Assembly: GCA_043228905.1 (NCBI GenBank)
Contig: JBHGNT010000014.1
Coordinates: 1 to 64,000, forward strand
Length of the DNA: 64,000 nt
Reading direction: 5' to 3'
Source: Azolla caroliniana
Lineage: Eukaryota; Plantae; Polypodiophyta
Within the stretch, counting starts at the first letter, position 1. Each line of letters opens with the position of its first letter. The notes beneath the pieces are model-generated. The model saw nothing but the letters and a program-made list of their open reading frames with translations, was not told the DNA's origin and did not search any database. The translations under genes and the position numbers were made by a program. Positions 26,474 through 39,060 of the stretch are shown here, piece after piece.

Positions 26474-26745
26474 TAGCCCACTTGGGAAAGGCTTTCTTTC
26501 TTCTTGGAACTGATGAGTCGTGGGTTCCAATGGTACCATGTAGCCTTAGGGGGAGTTAATCTAGATTTTTGTCAAGTTTTTGTTCCTAAATAATGGATAG
26601 TAGCTTTCTATAGAAAAAAAGATACGCCTATAAATAAACTAATTATTATAAAGCAACTTAATTCCAAGCAACAGCCCAATCGGCAAGGCTTTCATCTTGG
26701 GACTCACAAGTCATGAGTTTGAATAGTACCTTGTAGCCTTCAAGC
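26474..26745 (+). mobile_element. Two tandem degenerate tRNA-derived (SINE-head-like) units
   Basis: Unit 1 (26474-26547): TAGCCCACTTGG...AAGGCTTTC...GGGTTCCAATGGTACCATGTAGCC. Unit 2 (26672-26739): CAGCCCAATCGG.AAGGCTTTC...GAGTTTGAATAGTACCTTGTAGCC. Confidence 0.45.
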
Positions 26746-26839
26746 GAGTTGTAACTTGTAATGTTAACTAATGGATAATAGTTTTGCTTAAAAAAAGCAG
26801 CTCAAATATAACCCGAATGCTTTATATTATTATGAGGGA

Positions 26840-29810
26840 AAGTAGGAGCTTCCATGATCAGTTTCTTTAACTCATTGAATGAATTTTCAAGAGAATCATT
26901 CCACTCAATAGCTTTGGTGGACTTCCTCATGATTCCTCTCAAGAGATTTGTAAATGGTGTTGTATAGTGAGAACAATGCTGAAGCGATCTCCTTAGGAAA
27001 CCAATGAATCCTAGAAACGATCGTACTTCTTTCACATTAGAAGGTCTCATCCATTTCAAGACAGCTTCCATCTTAGATTTATCAATGGATACGCCTTTGC
27101 TTGAAATGTGATGTCCTAAATATGTAATTTCCTTTTGGAAAAAATCACATTTAGACAATTTTGCATAAAGCTTAAAATTGCGAAGCTTTTGCAAGACCGA
27201 TCAAACATGTAGAATATGTTCTTCTAATGTCTCACTAAATACAAGAATATCATCTAGGAACACTACTGCATAATCACACAACTCATCACAGAAAACATCG
27301 TTCATGAGCTGCTGAAAAGTAGCTGGAGCATCAGACAATCCGAAAGGTAACACCTGAAACTCCTAATGCCCATAGCGCGTGCGAAATGCTATCTTATGAA
27401 CATCTTCGGAAATTCTGATATGATGATAGCCCGTGCGCAAATCGATCTTCGTAAAGTATCATGCAGATAATCCATCAATCAAATCATCTTATCTTGGTAG
27501 AGGATAGGAATTACGAATGGTAAGCTTATTTAAGCCTTTGTAATTAATACACATTCTATATGTTCCTTCCTTCTTCTTTACTAGGATCACAGGTGCTCCC
27601 CAAGGGGAAATGATCTTTCGAATGTGTCCCATTCGAAGATAATCTTTGATTTGCCGAGCGATTTCATCCTCCTCAGTTTGTCTTAACCGATAGGGGGGTA
27701 TACTAAAAGGCTTAGCTCATGGAATCAAATTTATTCGATGATCAACAGAACGAGCTGGGGGCAACCCATGAGGTAATTCTTGAGGGAAGACATCCCCATA
27801 CTTTAAAATAATCTCACTTAAAGAAGCTTTCTCAGAATCATCCAATGAACTCTTATCAACGAATTGATATAGAGGATCATCAGGTTTACTGATGCACATA
27901 AATAATGATGCATCGCATTGTTGATCTCGAAGATAAATATGATTTAGGATGCTAATTGCTGCATTGAGTCACCATGAATAACAATAGATTTATTATTCGA
28001 AATAAAAGACATACAATGTTGCGTCCAATCAATATTTAGATCACTCTGAAAGTAGAACCACGGATAACCAAGAATAACATCTACATTATGAATAACAATA
28101 GATTTATTATTCGAAATAAAAGACATACAATGTTGCGTCCAATCAATATTTAGATCACTCTAAAAGTAGAACCACGGATAACCAAGAATAACATCTACAT
28201 TATGCAATTGTAATACATGGAAAGATAATTTTTCCTTATAGTCATTAATAACCAAAAGAACCTCATGTACCAACGATGAATGTTGGAGGACTACTCCACA
28301 GGCAGTCAAGACTTGGAATCCACGATCACTTTTTATTTGCTTTAGCGCTAGTGTCTACACCAAATCAGAATCAATAAAATTATGAGAACTACTAAAATCG
28401 AAAAGAATAACTACCTTCCGATCATTAATAGTACCATTGACTTTGAATAGATCATGTGGTCCAAGAATATCATCAGCAAAGTTAAGAGCATTATTAAGGT
28501 TTAAATTAAAATTGACCAAAGGCATACTCGTATTTGCTGGAGTAGAGTTGGTTTGTTGTTGATTGTTGGAGTTACCGCTCTCTTTTGGTCAATGACAATC
28601 GATAGTTCGATGACTAGGCTTTTTACAATTGTAGCATAATGTTGTAGGTTTCTTGTTGCTGTCTGAATGATCTTTAGGAGAGTTTAGGTGTCTTCGTTTT
28701 CCGTTGCTTCCTCTTGACTCTTTTGATAGGTATCACGCTTTCGTCTTGAAAAGAATTCGGGCTCGTTCGATAGCCTCTGAAAGACTCTTTGGCTTGCTAG
28801 CATGGATTTCATAATGAAAATCCTTATTCTGGAAGCCATTGATGTAGAGTCTCATTAAGAACTCTTCCTTGGAAGCGTCCATCAAGCCATGACTCAAGAC
28901 CGTATCATGAAAGTACTGAGTGTACTGTTCAAACATCTTTCCTGCATCAGTCAGATGACATAAATCTTGTATCACATGAGGTGCTGACTTCGCTTGCATG
29001 TACTCATGTTGTAACATGTCCTCGAAGGTAGCCCACGTGGATGGTTTGTCGGTAAGACACTCCCACCACGAATTGGCTACACCGATCAACTCTCGCACCA
29101 CCATTGTAATCCGAATGTCGTCACTTTGGATATTCTCCAAGCGAAAATGTGTGGTCCATCAATTGAGCCAGGAAGTAACGAACTCATGAGTTCGTTGCTT
29201 GCTAGTTCCTGAAAACTGTTGCAGTGTAAAACTTGGCTTGGTCGCATGGCTTGCAGATGGTTGGCTTGACCTCATTTCGACCAATTGTCGTTGTAGGTTT
29301 GCTAATGCGTGTTGGTTAGCATTGAGAATGGACTTCATTGTATCGGAAAATGATGAGGTTATCATGGTTATTGATTGAACCATGTCTTCTTACTACTTAA
29401 GGAGATGCATCTGAGTGACCAAATCGGAGAAGTCCATGTTGTCACCGATATGGTCCTCATTTTCGACTTCGACGGGAGGTACGACTTGTACATCCTTCGT
29501 TGGAGAGTTGGGGAAGTGAGAGGAGGCAGCAATGGAGTAGTGGAAAAGGAATTTTGCAAAAATTTGCAAAAATGACAAAAGTGAGCCCTGCGTTGTCATG
29601 ACACTTTTAGTTCACCCACGCTTTCATGTCGGGTTGACCAAATTTGTGTCAAGAAGATTGTGGTTGTGTGTCGCAACCGCCGGGGTTCTGTAACTCGGGG
29701 ATGATCGGGGTGAAAACGTGTAATCGCAGATGGTGCGATGACAAGAAGTTGAGAAGGCAAGATAAATGCGACGTTGTCGCGAAAAGAATTTTATTTGTAA
29801 AACAACCAAT
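26840..29810 (-). mobile_element. gag-pol: Decayed Ty3/gypsy 5' half: partial LTR (~29645-29810), tRNA-Trp-like PBS, gag, protease, RT
   Basis: PBS TGGTCAACCCGACATGAA (reverse complement of 29623-29640). Gag ORFs at 28733-29599. Protease-like ILFDFSSSHNFID at ~28400. RT motifs [15 protein letters not shown] and VVFLDDILVFS. It ends at ...LIMEAPT. Confidence 0.88.
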
Positions 29811-32800
29811 TTTATTTGCTTCATCAGAATTGAGCTCACCTCTATCAGCCACTATCTTCCCTATACACCCATACCTATATATTATATTCTCTAATATGAG
29901 TTGACATATTGTCGATGTGGTCTTCGATCTTAGTGCTCTTCCTTCAACTTGATTTGTAAGGTCTTCTCTAGTGAGTACCAAAAACTTCTTTTGACTTGCC
30001 CCCATTGGCATTGCCACTATATCAACCATCCACTTGTAATGTATAGCCGACGAATAGGTCGGGTGCAACTCATCTCTATGCTTAATGTTGGAGTAGATTT
30101 GACAGGTTGGGCATGTCTCGACATACCTCTTGATTTTGTTGTAGAATCTGGCCACCAATATCTTTTCTTTATTTTACTAAATGTTGCCCAAACTCCACGG
30201 TGTCCAACCCACTCCTTGTCATGTAATTCCTTTAATATCTGCTCCCACTGCACTTGGTCACAGATAACCCGTTGTGGATTTCCCATTTTATACTTTGGGT
30301 GCTTCCAAAGGGAACCTTGGTGCAAGAAAAATTGGTGTGCCTTCTTTCGGAAATTTGAGAAGTTTCTCCCACTCCAAGTTCCTTCCTTCCATGGTGCTTG
30401 TAGATACTTCCCGATTTCCTTAAACTCTTCATTATACTCTTCTTCTTTAAACTCATGTTCTTCATGTGGCTCACCCCCTCTAATTGCATTTATGACCAAA
30501 GCTGATTCTTCTTCGTCGCTATCTGATTCTGCCACTTCCTTTTTTTCATATTTTGCTCTGGATAACATATCAGCCATTGCATTCTTCTCACCAGATATAT
30601 GTCGAACATCTGGGTTGATGGTTTTGATGTAGACACACCACCTAAGCATTGCTTGGTCTGGAATATTGCAATTTGCAATAATCCCCAGAATTGGCAAGCA
30701 ATCTGTCTCCACAATCACCCCAACACCAACTAGATAGTCCCTATCCATCTTGATAGTAATGATTATCCCCCAGAGCTCTCTCTTCACTTGAGCATACTTT
30801 CGTTGACGTCCGCTAAGTACCTTCGCACCAAATCGAATCAGATGTCTTTCTCCTTCCTCATCTTGTTGGCTTATTACCCACTTGATTCCAATCGGACTTG
30901 AGTCAACTGTGAGGATTATTGGTTGGGTGTAGTCAAGTTGTTTCAATGCAAGAGCTTTAGCCAGATTCTCCTTCAGTCTTTTAATTGCATTTGAGTGTTC
31001 TTCTGTCCACTCAAATGCTTCCCCTTTCCTTAATAGCCGATACAATGGATCTGATATGTGGGCATAATGTGGAATCCACCTGCAATAGAAGACACATGCA
31101 CCCAAGAACCTCTGAACTTTAGATACAGAGTTGCATTCTTCTTTCATATTCTGTATTGTGTTGATCTTTGTTGGTGCTAGATTTCTTCCATATGGCCCAC
31201 ACATATGTCCTACCAATAGTACTTCTTGAACCCCGAATATTGATTTTGGAGCCGAAAGTGTTAGGTGTACCTCCTCTAGTCTTGAAAGCACTTTATCACA
31301 ATCTTCTATGTGATCCCTGACGAACTTCCGACATCCACTACTATCCAATTCTTCATTCTTCATTCTTTCCTTGCATCCTTTAATGGGTATATCATCCAAG
31401 AAAGGCATGGTTATGTGAGGAATAAAATCTCGGAGAACTTTGTGCATACCATTCATCATGTGAGCGACCGAGTTGGTCACACCTTGAGGTAGGGTACACA
31501 TTCGAAGTAATCCAATAGGAGTCCTAATGGAGGTGATATCCCGACTACCAAGCACAAGTTGGAACTAGTCATAGCCAGAGTAGAGATCACCCATAGAGTA
31601 GATCGCCCTTCCAGCGAACATATCTACAAACTCATCTACTATCGCCCCTACTCCTGAATTCCGGATAGTAACTTGATTCATAGGTTGCATGTCTTGAATG
31701 AATCAAAGCCACCCATCCTTCTTTTGCACCGTAAACCATCTACTTGAGTATGGAGCTTTTGATGGTTCCAAGATGCCCATGTTCATTTTCTCTTTTAAAA
31801 GCTCGATTAATTGCGGTATCCTTGCTCTTGGCACTGGGATTGGCTTCAGATTCCACGGAATGTGTGGGATCGTGAAGATGACCATTGGTTCAACTATTTT
31901 TGGATTCACACATCCAATTTCTTCAGGGTGTAAGGAGAATGCTTTCCCATGCTGCCCTAGCATTTTTCTGAATTCTGCTTCTATAGGTGTTAAGAAGTCC
32001 TCCCCTCCAATTCTTAGTTCTTTAATTGTTTCTTCCATGAACTTGTGCCCAATTCTCTTTGGATCCCGAAGAATGGGCTTGGTCGACACCTCCTTCATTA
32101 TCTTTTCTCTGTCTTCTGGAAGTGATGTTGCTAATGGCCAGACCTTCTTCTCCACCATTTTGTACTTTGTGTTTATTCGAGCTTCTTCATTTTGAACATA
32201 CTCCTTGATGGTTTTGAATAGCTCGATGGAATTTACCACAACTTCAACTTCATCATCTTCCGTCATTAGAGACTCCAACTCGCCTATTGTATCTTTAAAA
32301 CAATATTCTTCAAATATATTCACTAATTTTTCTTCTGAATCTATCATACCTCCACCTTGTAATTCTTTTTCTATTTTTTGGAATTTCTTTCCTTTGAAAT
32401 CTTCTATTATAGTTGCGCCATCTACCGATGCAACATATAATTTACCTTTATCTTCAATGCTATGAATGGGGCTTCTTATCTCCCTTGGGCCATCACCTTT
32501 TTGTAAGGGCCCGCTCTAGAAATCCTGTACGAAATCCCCCACATCTCGTAGTGGATGATCTCATAGATTCCCCTTATTGGGTGAAAGCGTGGGAATGGGA
32601 ACAATTCGTTGTGTCCTTGACATAACTAGTTAGTTATGTAAAAAGCTACATGTAGTTTGCATATTTTGGCAATTTTAGGAATTATTAGAATGTGATCTCA
32701 AATAAAGACCAACAAACTGTGGATCATAAATGGTAATATTTCCATCCCCATAATAAATGATATGTATCTTTAAGATTTTCCCAATAAAAATTAGCTATAA

Positions 32801-33500
32801 AAAATGCTACTTAGTTGTGGTAATTTTAGCTACATGTTAGCTATGATAGTGTTTCCATTCACATGCTTTCACCCTATTCCTCTCATGATTTGGTCGAACA
32901 GTAAGGAACTGTACTGACCTCTTCCCATCCTAGCTTCGAATCCTAGCAAATGCCGCTCCATTATTAATCACTTTAGTCTCCATCCGCACTGCTGTGATGT
33001 ACGGATGCCCTAGAATTACTGGATAAAATGACTTCTCTTGGACGAAGAAGTTTTGATCTACTGACACGTCCCCAATTGTAACTTTAATATTTGGGCATGC
33101 GCCACATAAATCCTCCACGACCTCAGTCGCTGCTCTCACCTTCCAATCGTGGTTCCTTTCTATTGGCCATCTCCCGCAATTGTAAAAATCAGACAATATG
33201 ATATTTATCTCGGAGCCATGGTCGATGAGTGCCACACATGGTTCCATCTGATCTCCAATTCTGACTGGAGCCTCGGTTGTCGCCCGAGCCTAGTGTGTGC
33301 GGGTGTAATGGCTTTGTTCCTCTTCATGAATACATTGTGTGTCAGCACTCCGTAGCTCGGCTAACAATGCAGTCTCCATATCTTCATCTTCCTCCCGTAT
33401 CATGACGGTATTTACTCCTCCCGTTTCTTCAACCACTTGTCTTTTCCTCCGAATGACATCAATGATCACTTCATGAAATTCCTTCTTCACGATCCCTAGT
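29811..33500 (-). mobile_element. pol: Non-chromoviral Ty3/gypsy pol (protease, RT, RNase H, integrase), both ends truncated
   Basis: Protease ALIDHGSEIN (32930-33247). RT LPQGVTNSVAHM..PFLDDIPIKG. RNase H LTVDSSPIGI..VETDCLPI. Integrase HDKEWVGHRG..CPTCQ and IVADRGEL. Confidence 0.92.
32620..32850. mobile_element. Possible AT-rich MITE-like insertion inside gypsy pol
   Basis: An AT-rich non-coding block interrupts the pol region. AGCTACATG motifs near both ends form weak inverted termini. Confidence 0.35.
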
Positions 33501-34174
33501 ATTTACTCCTCTCGTTTCTTCAACCACTTGTCTTTTCCTCCGAACGGGATTGATGTCGTTCGGAAGTGATGGCGCCGTTTATTTTAATATAGAGAAAGGA
33601 GTTCTCACAGCGCAAAAAAGGAAAAAGAAATAAAGAAGCACTTCTATCGTGATATCCCTTGTGTATGTCGGATTCTCTTTTGATAGTGGAACTCACCATC
33701 AACACTTATGAAAGAATCGTATACATATTTACGTACATTGATAGCATTGAGTGAAATATGATCCCTAAAGGTTTGGATGCGATTCATCCTCGAAGTCAAT
33801 GGTGGTATGAGGAATTTTACGCACATTTGGATGAGAACCTAATGAGATGTTTTTCGTCTTTACATGATTAAGGGGAAAACTTCAAGGTAAATCTTGTTGT
33901 AATTCATTTGAACACAGTCATAGTAACGAGTCCCAATGTTGGGCAAAGACCCAAGAACAGTGTCAATGTTCCAGTTACGTTGGGACTTTTATCGGCCAAT
34001 GTGGGGGACAGCCGGAATTGATTCCGGCCAGGTTTTCTAATCAACCGGAATTTGCCAGTTCATATTTTTGGAACCGGCTATTTATATAGTTTGTATAAAA
34101 ACAAAGGTCAGAAAAAGTTTTTTTCCTCTTTCCCCTTTTTTCGCTCGTTTTTATGTTCAAGTACAAGTATCCCA

Positions 34175-34368
34175 TTGAATCGTGGTGTCATCTCATCAAG
34201 CGTGAGACAAATTAAGAGCACGCCAGAGCGGCAGGTGACGTTCTGCAAGTGCAGGAATGGGCTTCTAAAGGAGACATACGAGCTCTCTCTGCTCTACAAT
34301 TCCTAACTCAGAATCATTGTCTTCACCGCGTTAGGGAAGCTCTCTGAATTCTGTTGCACTACCTCCAG
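34175..34368 (+). pseudogene. MADS-box (type II/MIKC-like) exon 1 pseudogene
   Basis: Translates as NRG...[53 protein letters not shown], against the MADS consensus [39 protein letters not shown]. There is no ATG, an in-frame TAA lies at 34304, and a phase-2 GT donor lies at 34369. Confidence 0.88.
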
Positions 34369-34944
34369 GTAGACTAATATAGACATATATAATGTGTGTA
34401 TGTATAATGTTTGAATGCACGCATGCAAGCATGTGTATGTGTGGGAATTTATGCATCGAAACTATGTAATCTTGCATTTGATCTTTCTATCATCATCCAT
34501 ACATTCATCTAATTCTGATGATGATTATCATGAGATGTTCTTTTTTTAAGAACCGTCCTAATCTTCCCTGCACTCTACTGCCTGATATAATGTAAACTCA
34601 ATATTGAGATGATTTAATTAAGAAATACTGTCATCAGCATCACGCATTTTTGCAGCTACATGTTATTTTCTATATATGGGGTAGTGGTTATGGGGTTATT
34701 CTAGAACCTCCACATTTAAGGTTTAAGATCTCCACATGACCAACTATCTTAAATGTGATACCCTTGTTGTCTTTGGACATGATACACCATTGCTTTTGGG
34801 CATTATGATATGTAAAATCTGTGTGTGTGTGTGTGTGTGTGTGTAGGTTGATGTTGGTTTCAAGTTGGATGTTTCCATGATTTTCATGTGTGGTGTAGTT
34901 CGATGCAACTCGAGCGATGAAATTAGGGAGATTATTACAACAGA

Positions 34945-36090
34945 TTCAAGGGAGGAGATCTTGACGTATGTGACCGTGGCATGCCAAGGAAAGTTCCATT
35001 GAAGCGCTTCAACCCTATTCATTACATATGTTGTGATGAAGATGATGCTTCACAATGTCCAAATAGTGTCTAAATGAATAAACACCACCCATCAGTTGGA
35101 TCTAGTCTTAAGGAATCCATAGCACTTACTAGATCTCAAATCAGAGTTTCAAGTAAAAAGTTAGGGTTGGTTAAAGGTTTCAAGTAAATATAACAATTAC
35201 TGTAATAACTAGCAGTTCAAGAATGGAGACAATAATCTAAACATGTAGAGTTCGTGATAATGAATGTGAGGGTCTTTACAGTTCATCAATTAGAGCTCGA
35301 TAACCCAAGTTGCAACCTCCAAAACGTTGAGGTTTTTTGTAAACAAGAGAAATAACAATAAAATAAACTAAAAAAAATAGCCCTTGTAAGTTGTGAAGGG
35401 CGGTTTGAAGGGATGTGGAGGGGCTTCGCCCTCCTATGAAACAGCACCTCCCCATGAGGGAGAGGGCATGAAAGAAGCTACGAGCACCCATTGTAAAAGG
35501 GAGGAGCAGGTATATGAATATATTTCAGGGCAAGGTGAATTCATTTTTGCTCTACTGTGTTATTTGGGTAAGTGTTTTGTGGACAATGACAAGATATAGG
35601 CTCATAAGATATGGTCGGTCACATATAACAAATGTGATATGATGTTGCTGGCACTTCACGAATGGAGATAATAATCTAAGCATGTAGAGTTAGTGACAAG
35701 GAATGCGAGGGTTTTTATAGTTAATCAATCAAAGCTCAGTAGCCCAAGTTGCAGCCTCTAAAACATTGAGGTATTTTTGTAAAAAAATAAAGAAATAACA
35801 ATTATACAATAAAAAAATAAAACCACCCTTGTGAAGGGTAGTTTGAAGGGATGTGGAGGGACTTCTCCTTCCTATAAAAGACCCCCTCCCTGAAAGGGCA
35901 AGGTGAATCGTAGAAGGGCAAGCTACGAGCACCCATCGTAGAAGGGAGGAGTAGTTATATGAATATATTTCAGGGCAAGGTGAATTCATTTTTGCCCTAC
36001 TGTGTTATTTGGGTAAGTGTTTTGTGGATAGCGACAAGGTATATGCTCATAAGATATGATCATATATAATTGAATGTGATGTGATGTTGC
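34945..36090 (+). repeat. Dispersed repeat (homologous to 24931-25245) followed by a ~440-bp tandem duplication (35221-35660 / 35661-36090)
   Basis: GAATGGAGA.AATAATCTAA.CATGTAGAG occurs at 35221 and 35660. TATGAATATATTTCAGGGCAAGGTGAATTCATTTTTGC occurs at ~35513 and ~35958. Confidence 0.85.
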
Positions 36091-36959
36091 TGCCCCGTTG
36101 GTTGTAATGGTTGCATACAATGTGAGATTCATAGCACATGCTCATGTTGCATTCCATCATCGAAGTGGTTATTAACAACCATCCATTACGAAACTGTCAT
36201 AGGTCAAATAAGATGATGTGGGTTTCCAATTGACATATCTTGTTAAAGAAATAAGGAGTATGATGCTTCCAATTACGCTTCTCTAATGTCAAGTTGAGAA
36301 TCTCTCTGTGTTTCTTCTTCTTTTTTTTCCATAAAAACCTTCATAGAGGGATAAGAATATAACAAGAGTATCATAACCCTCATGATGAGAAACAACATAA
36401 GCAAGACAATCAACTGATCTGATGCCAAGAAACAAAATCCTAAAGGAATAAAAATATAAAATGGCGAACCCTATACCACATACAAAACAATTGAAAACAA
36501 CACCTTCGTATGTTGCACAGTGCCAACAACATCTACCTTTGCACCCTATCCACAAAGCACTTGCAACAATGATGAGAAGTAGATAACCTCCGGGGAAGGG
36601 GGGAGTACATAGGAAACCCTCTGAGTGTAAGGTTGGCTCCATCACCATCATCATCATCAATATCACATCGAGATAGAGGCAAAGTAGAAGATGAAAGAAG
36701 GAGAAGAGTAGCGGCGACGAGTCACCTACACCATCCCTAAGCGAGAACATCTCCTAACATGAAGCAACCACCTATCAACACAATGGAAGAGATGAAAAGG
36801 ATTAAAGGAAAGGGAGGAGAAGGGGATGGAGGGGTAGCAAAGCGTGCAACCATGCAGCTGCCCCTCCGATTGCATGCAGCTACATGTGGCCACTAGGGTT
36901 GCGTTGCACGCAAGTCGGTTTCGAAAAAAACTACATCTCTTAATTTATTCTCGAGCATG

Positions 36960-37868
36960 ACACAAACATACATACATACATTCATACTAAACATAACATT
37001 CAAACATTCATGTATGAATGTACATATGTGTATGCATATATGTAATGTATGTATGTATGTGTATGCATATGTAAATGTACATGATTCAATGTATATGGAT
37101 GTGTGATTGTAATATGTACATAATAACTATGTATATATATCTAATGTATATATGTGTATGTATATGTAGCAATGTATAAATGAATATATGTATGTCCATG
37201 TACGAATGTACATATGAATATGCATATATCCATATGTAATTTATCTATGTATGTATGTGTATTCGTATATCCATATGACAATGTACATGATTCATGTGTA
37301 TGGATGTGTGATTGTAATATGTGCATAATATTTATGTATATATCTAATGTATGTATATGTAGCAATGTATAAATGAATATAGGTATGTTTATGTACAAAT
37401 GTACATATGTGTATGCATATGTAATGTATGTATGTGTATGCATATATCCATATGTAATGTATGTATGTATGTATGTACATATGTAACACACGTATGTATG
37501 TGTATGTAACATATTTATGTGTGTGTATGCATGTATGTAATGTATGTATATATGTATATATGTGTATGCATATATGTATCTGTCAATATACATGATTCAA
37601 TGAGTATGAATGCGTTTGTAATATGTGCATAATATGTATGTATATATCCAATGTATGTATGTGTATGTATATGTATGTGTGTATGTGGTCATATGTATGT
37701 AAATGTATGAATGTATGTATGCGTATATATGTAATGTATTTATGTATGTATATTTTTGGGATATTTTCATGTTTAGTATGTATATGGTTCGTATGTGGAT
37801 GTATGTTTGTAATATGTATGTAATATGCATGTATATATCCAATGTATGTGTAAGTATACATATACCTA

Positions 37869-37912
<44 letters not shown>

Positions 37913-39060
37913 AAGTATTGTGGTTTGTATGGTCCAATATAATCTATATATATGGTGATATGTGGAATATGTATTTACATATGTAATATATGTATATATG
38001 TAATTTATGTATGTGTAAATTTGTATATTGTGTAATAGGTATGGTACCGTATGGATTATATGCTATGTAATATCTAATTTATTTATGTGTGTGTGCATGT
38101 CTATATATATGTAATATATGTAATATATGTAACTTGTTTGTAAGTATGAAGATTTGTATACATATAATATGTAGTCTTAGGTATTAATATGTATGTGTAT
38201 GTGTATATATATAATATGTAATTTATTTTTCTATGTTTTGCATGTATATATGCATTTGTGTATGTATGTATATCATATGTAATTTTATTGTATGTATTAT
38301 GTTACATGTATATATGTATGTCAATATATATGGTTGAAACTTGATTCTAATATGTATGCAGTATGTAATGCATGTATGTATGTGTATGTACATATTTACA
38401 TATGGTAATATATATGTGTACATATATTTATGTTTAGTTAGTATGCATGTATAAATGGGTGTAATGTATGTATATACATATTCATGAATGTAATGTTTGA
38501 ATGTACAGGTATATACACATGTGTGATGTGTGATATATGAATGTAGGTATATATGCATGTATGTGGTATGCATGTGTGATGTGTGTTATGTTCGTGTGTG
38601 TGTGTGTGTGTGTGTATGTATATATTGTATGTATGGAATGTGTGTATATGTGTATGTATGTGTATATATATAATATGTACTTTTTTTGTGTGTTTGGTTT
38701 GTATATTTGCATTTGTATATAATTGTGTATATAATAATATATGTGTGTAATATATAATATATAAAATATGTTTGTGAGAATGTGTAAGTATATATGTAAT
38801 ATGTAATTTTTATGTATGTATTATGTATACTCCTATATCAATATATATGGCCGATTCTAATATGTATGTAGTATGCAACGCATGTATGTATGTGTATGTA
38901 CATATTTACATATGGTAATACATATTTCTACATATATTTATGTTTAGTCAGTATGCATGTATAAATGGGTGTAATGTATGTATATACATATTAATGGATG
39001 TAATGTTTGAATGTAGGTATATGCATGTATATGTATGTATGTATGTGTGTATGTATATAT
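36960..39060. repeat. ~2.1-kb compound microsatellite / low-complexity tract (TATG, TG, TA) with internal longer duplications
   Basis: The tract is dominated by alternating purine-pyrimidine sequence, with a (TG)n run at 37870-37908. Duplicated blocks lie at 37078/37284/37589 and 38343/38853. Confidence 0.95.
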
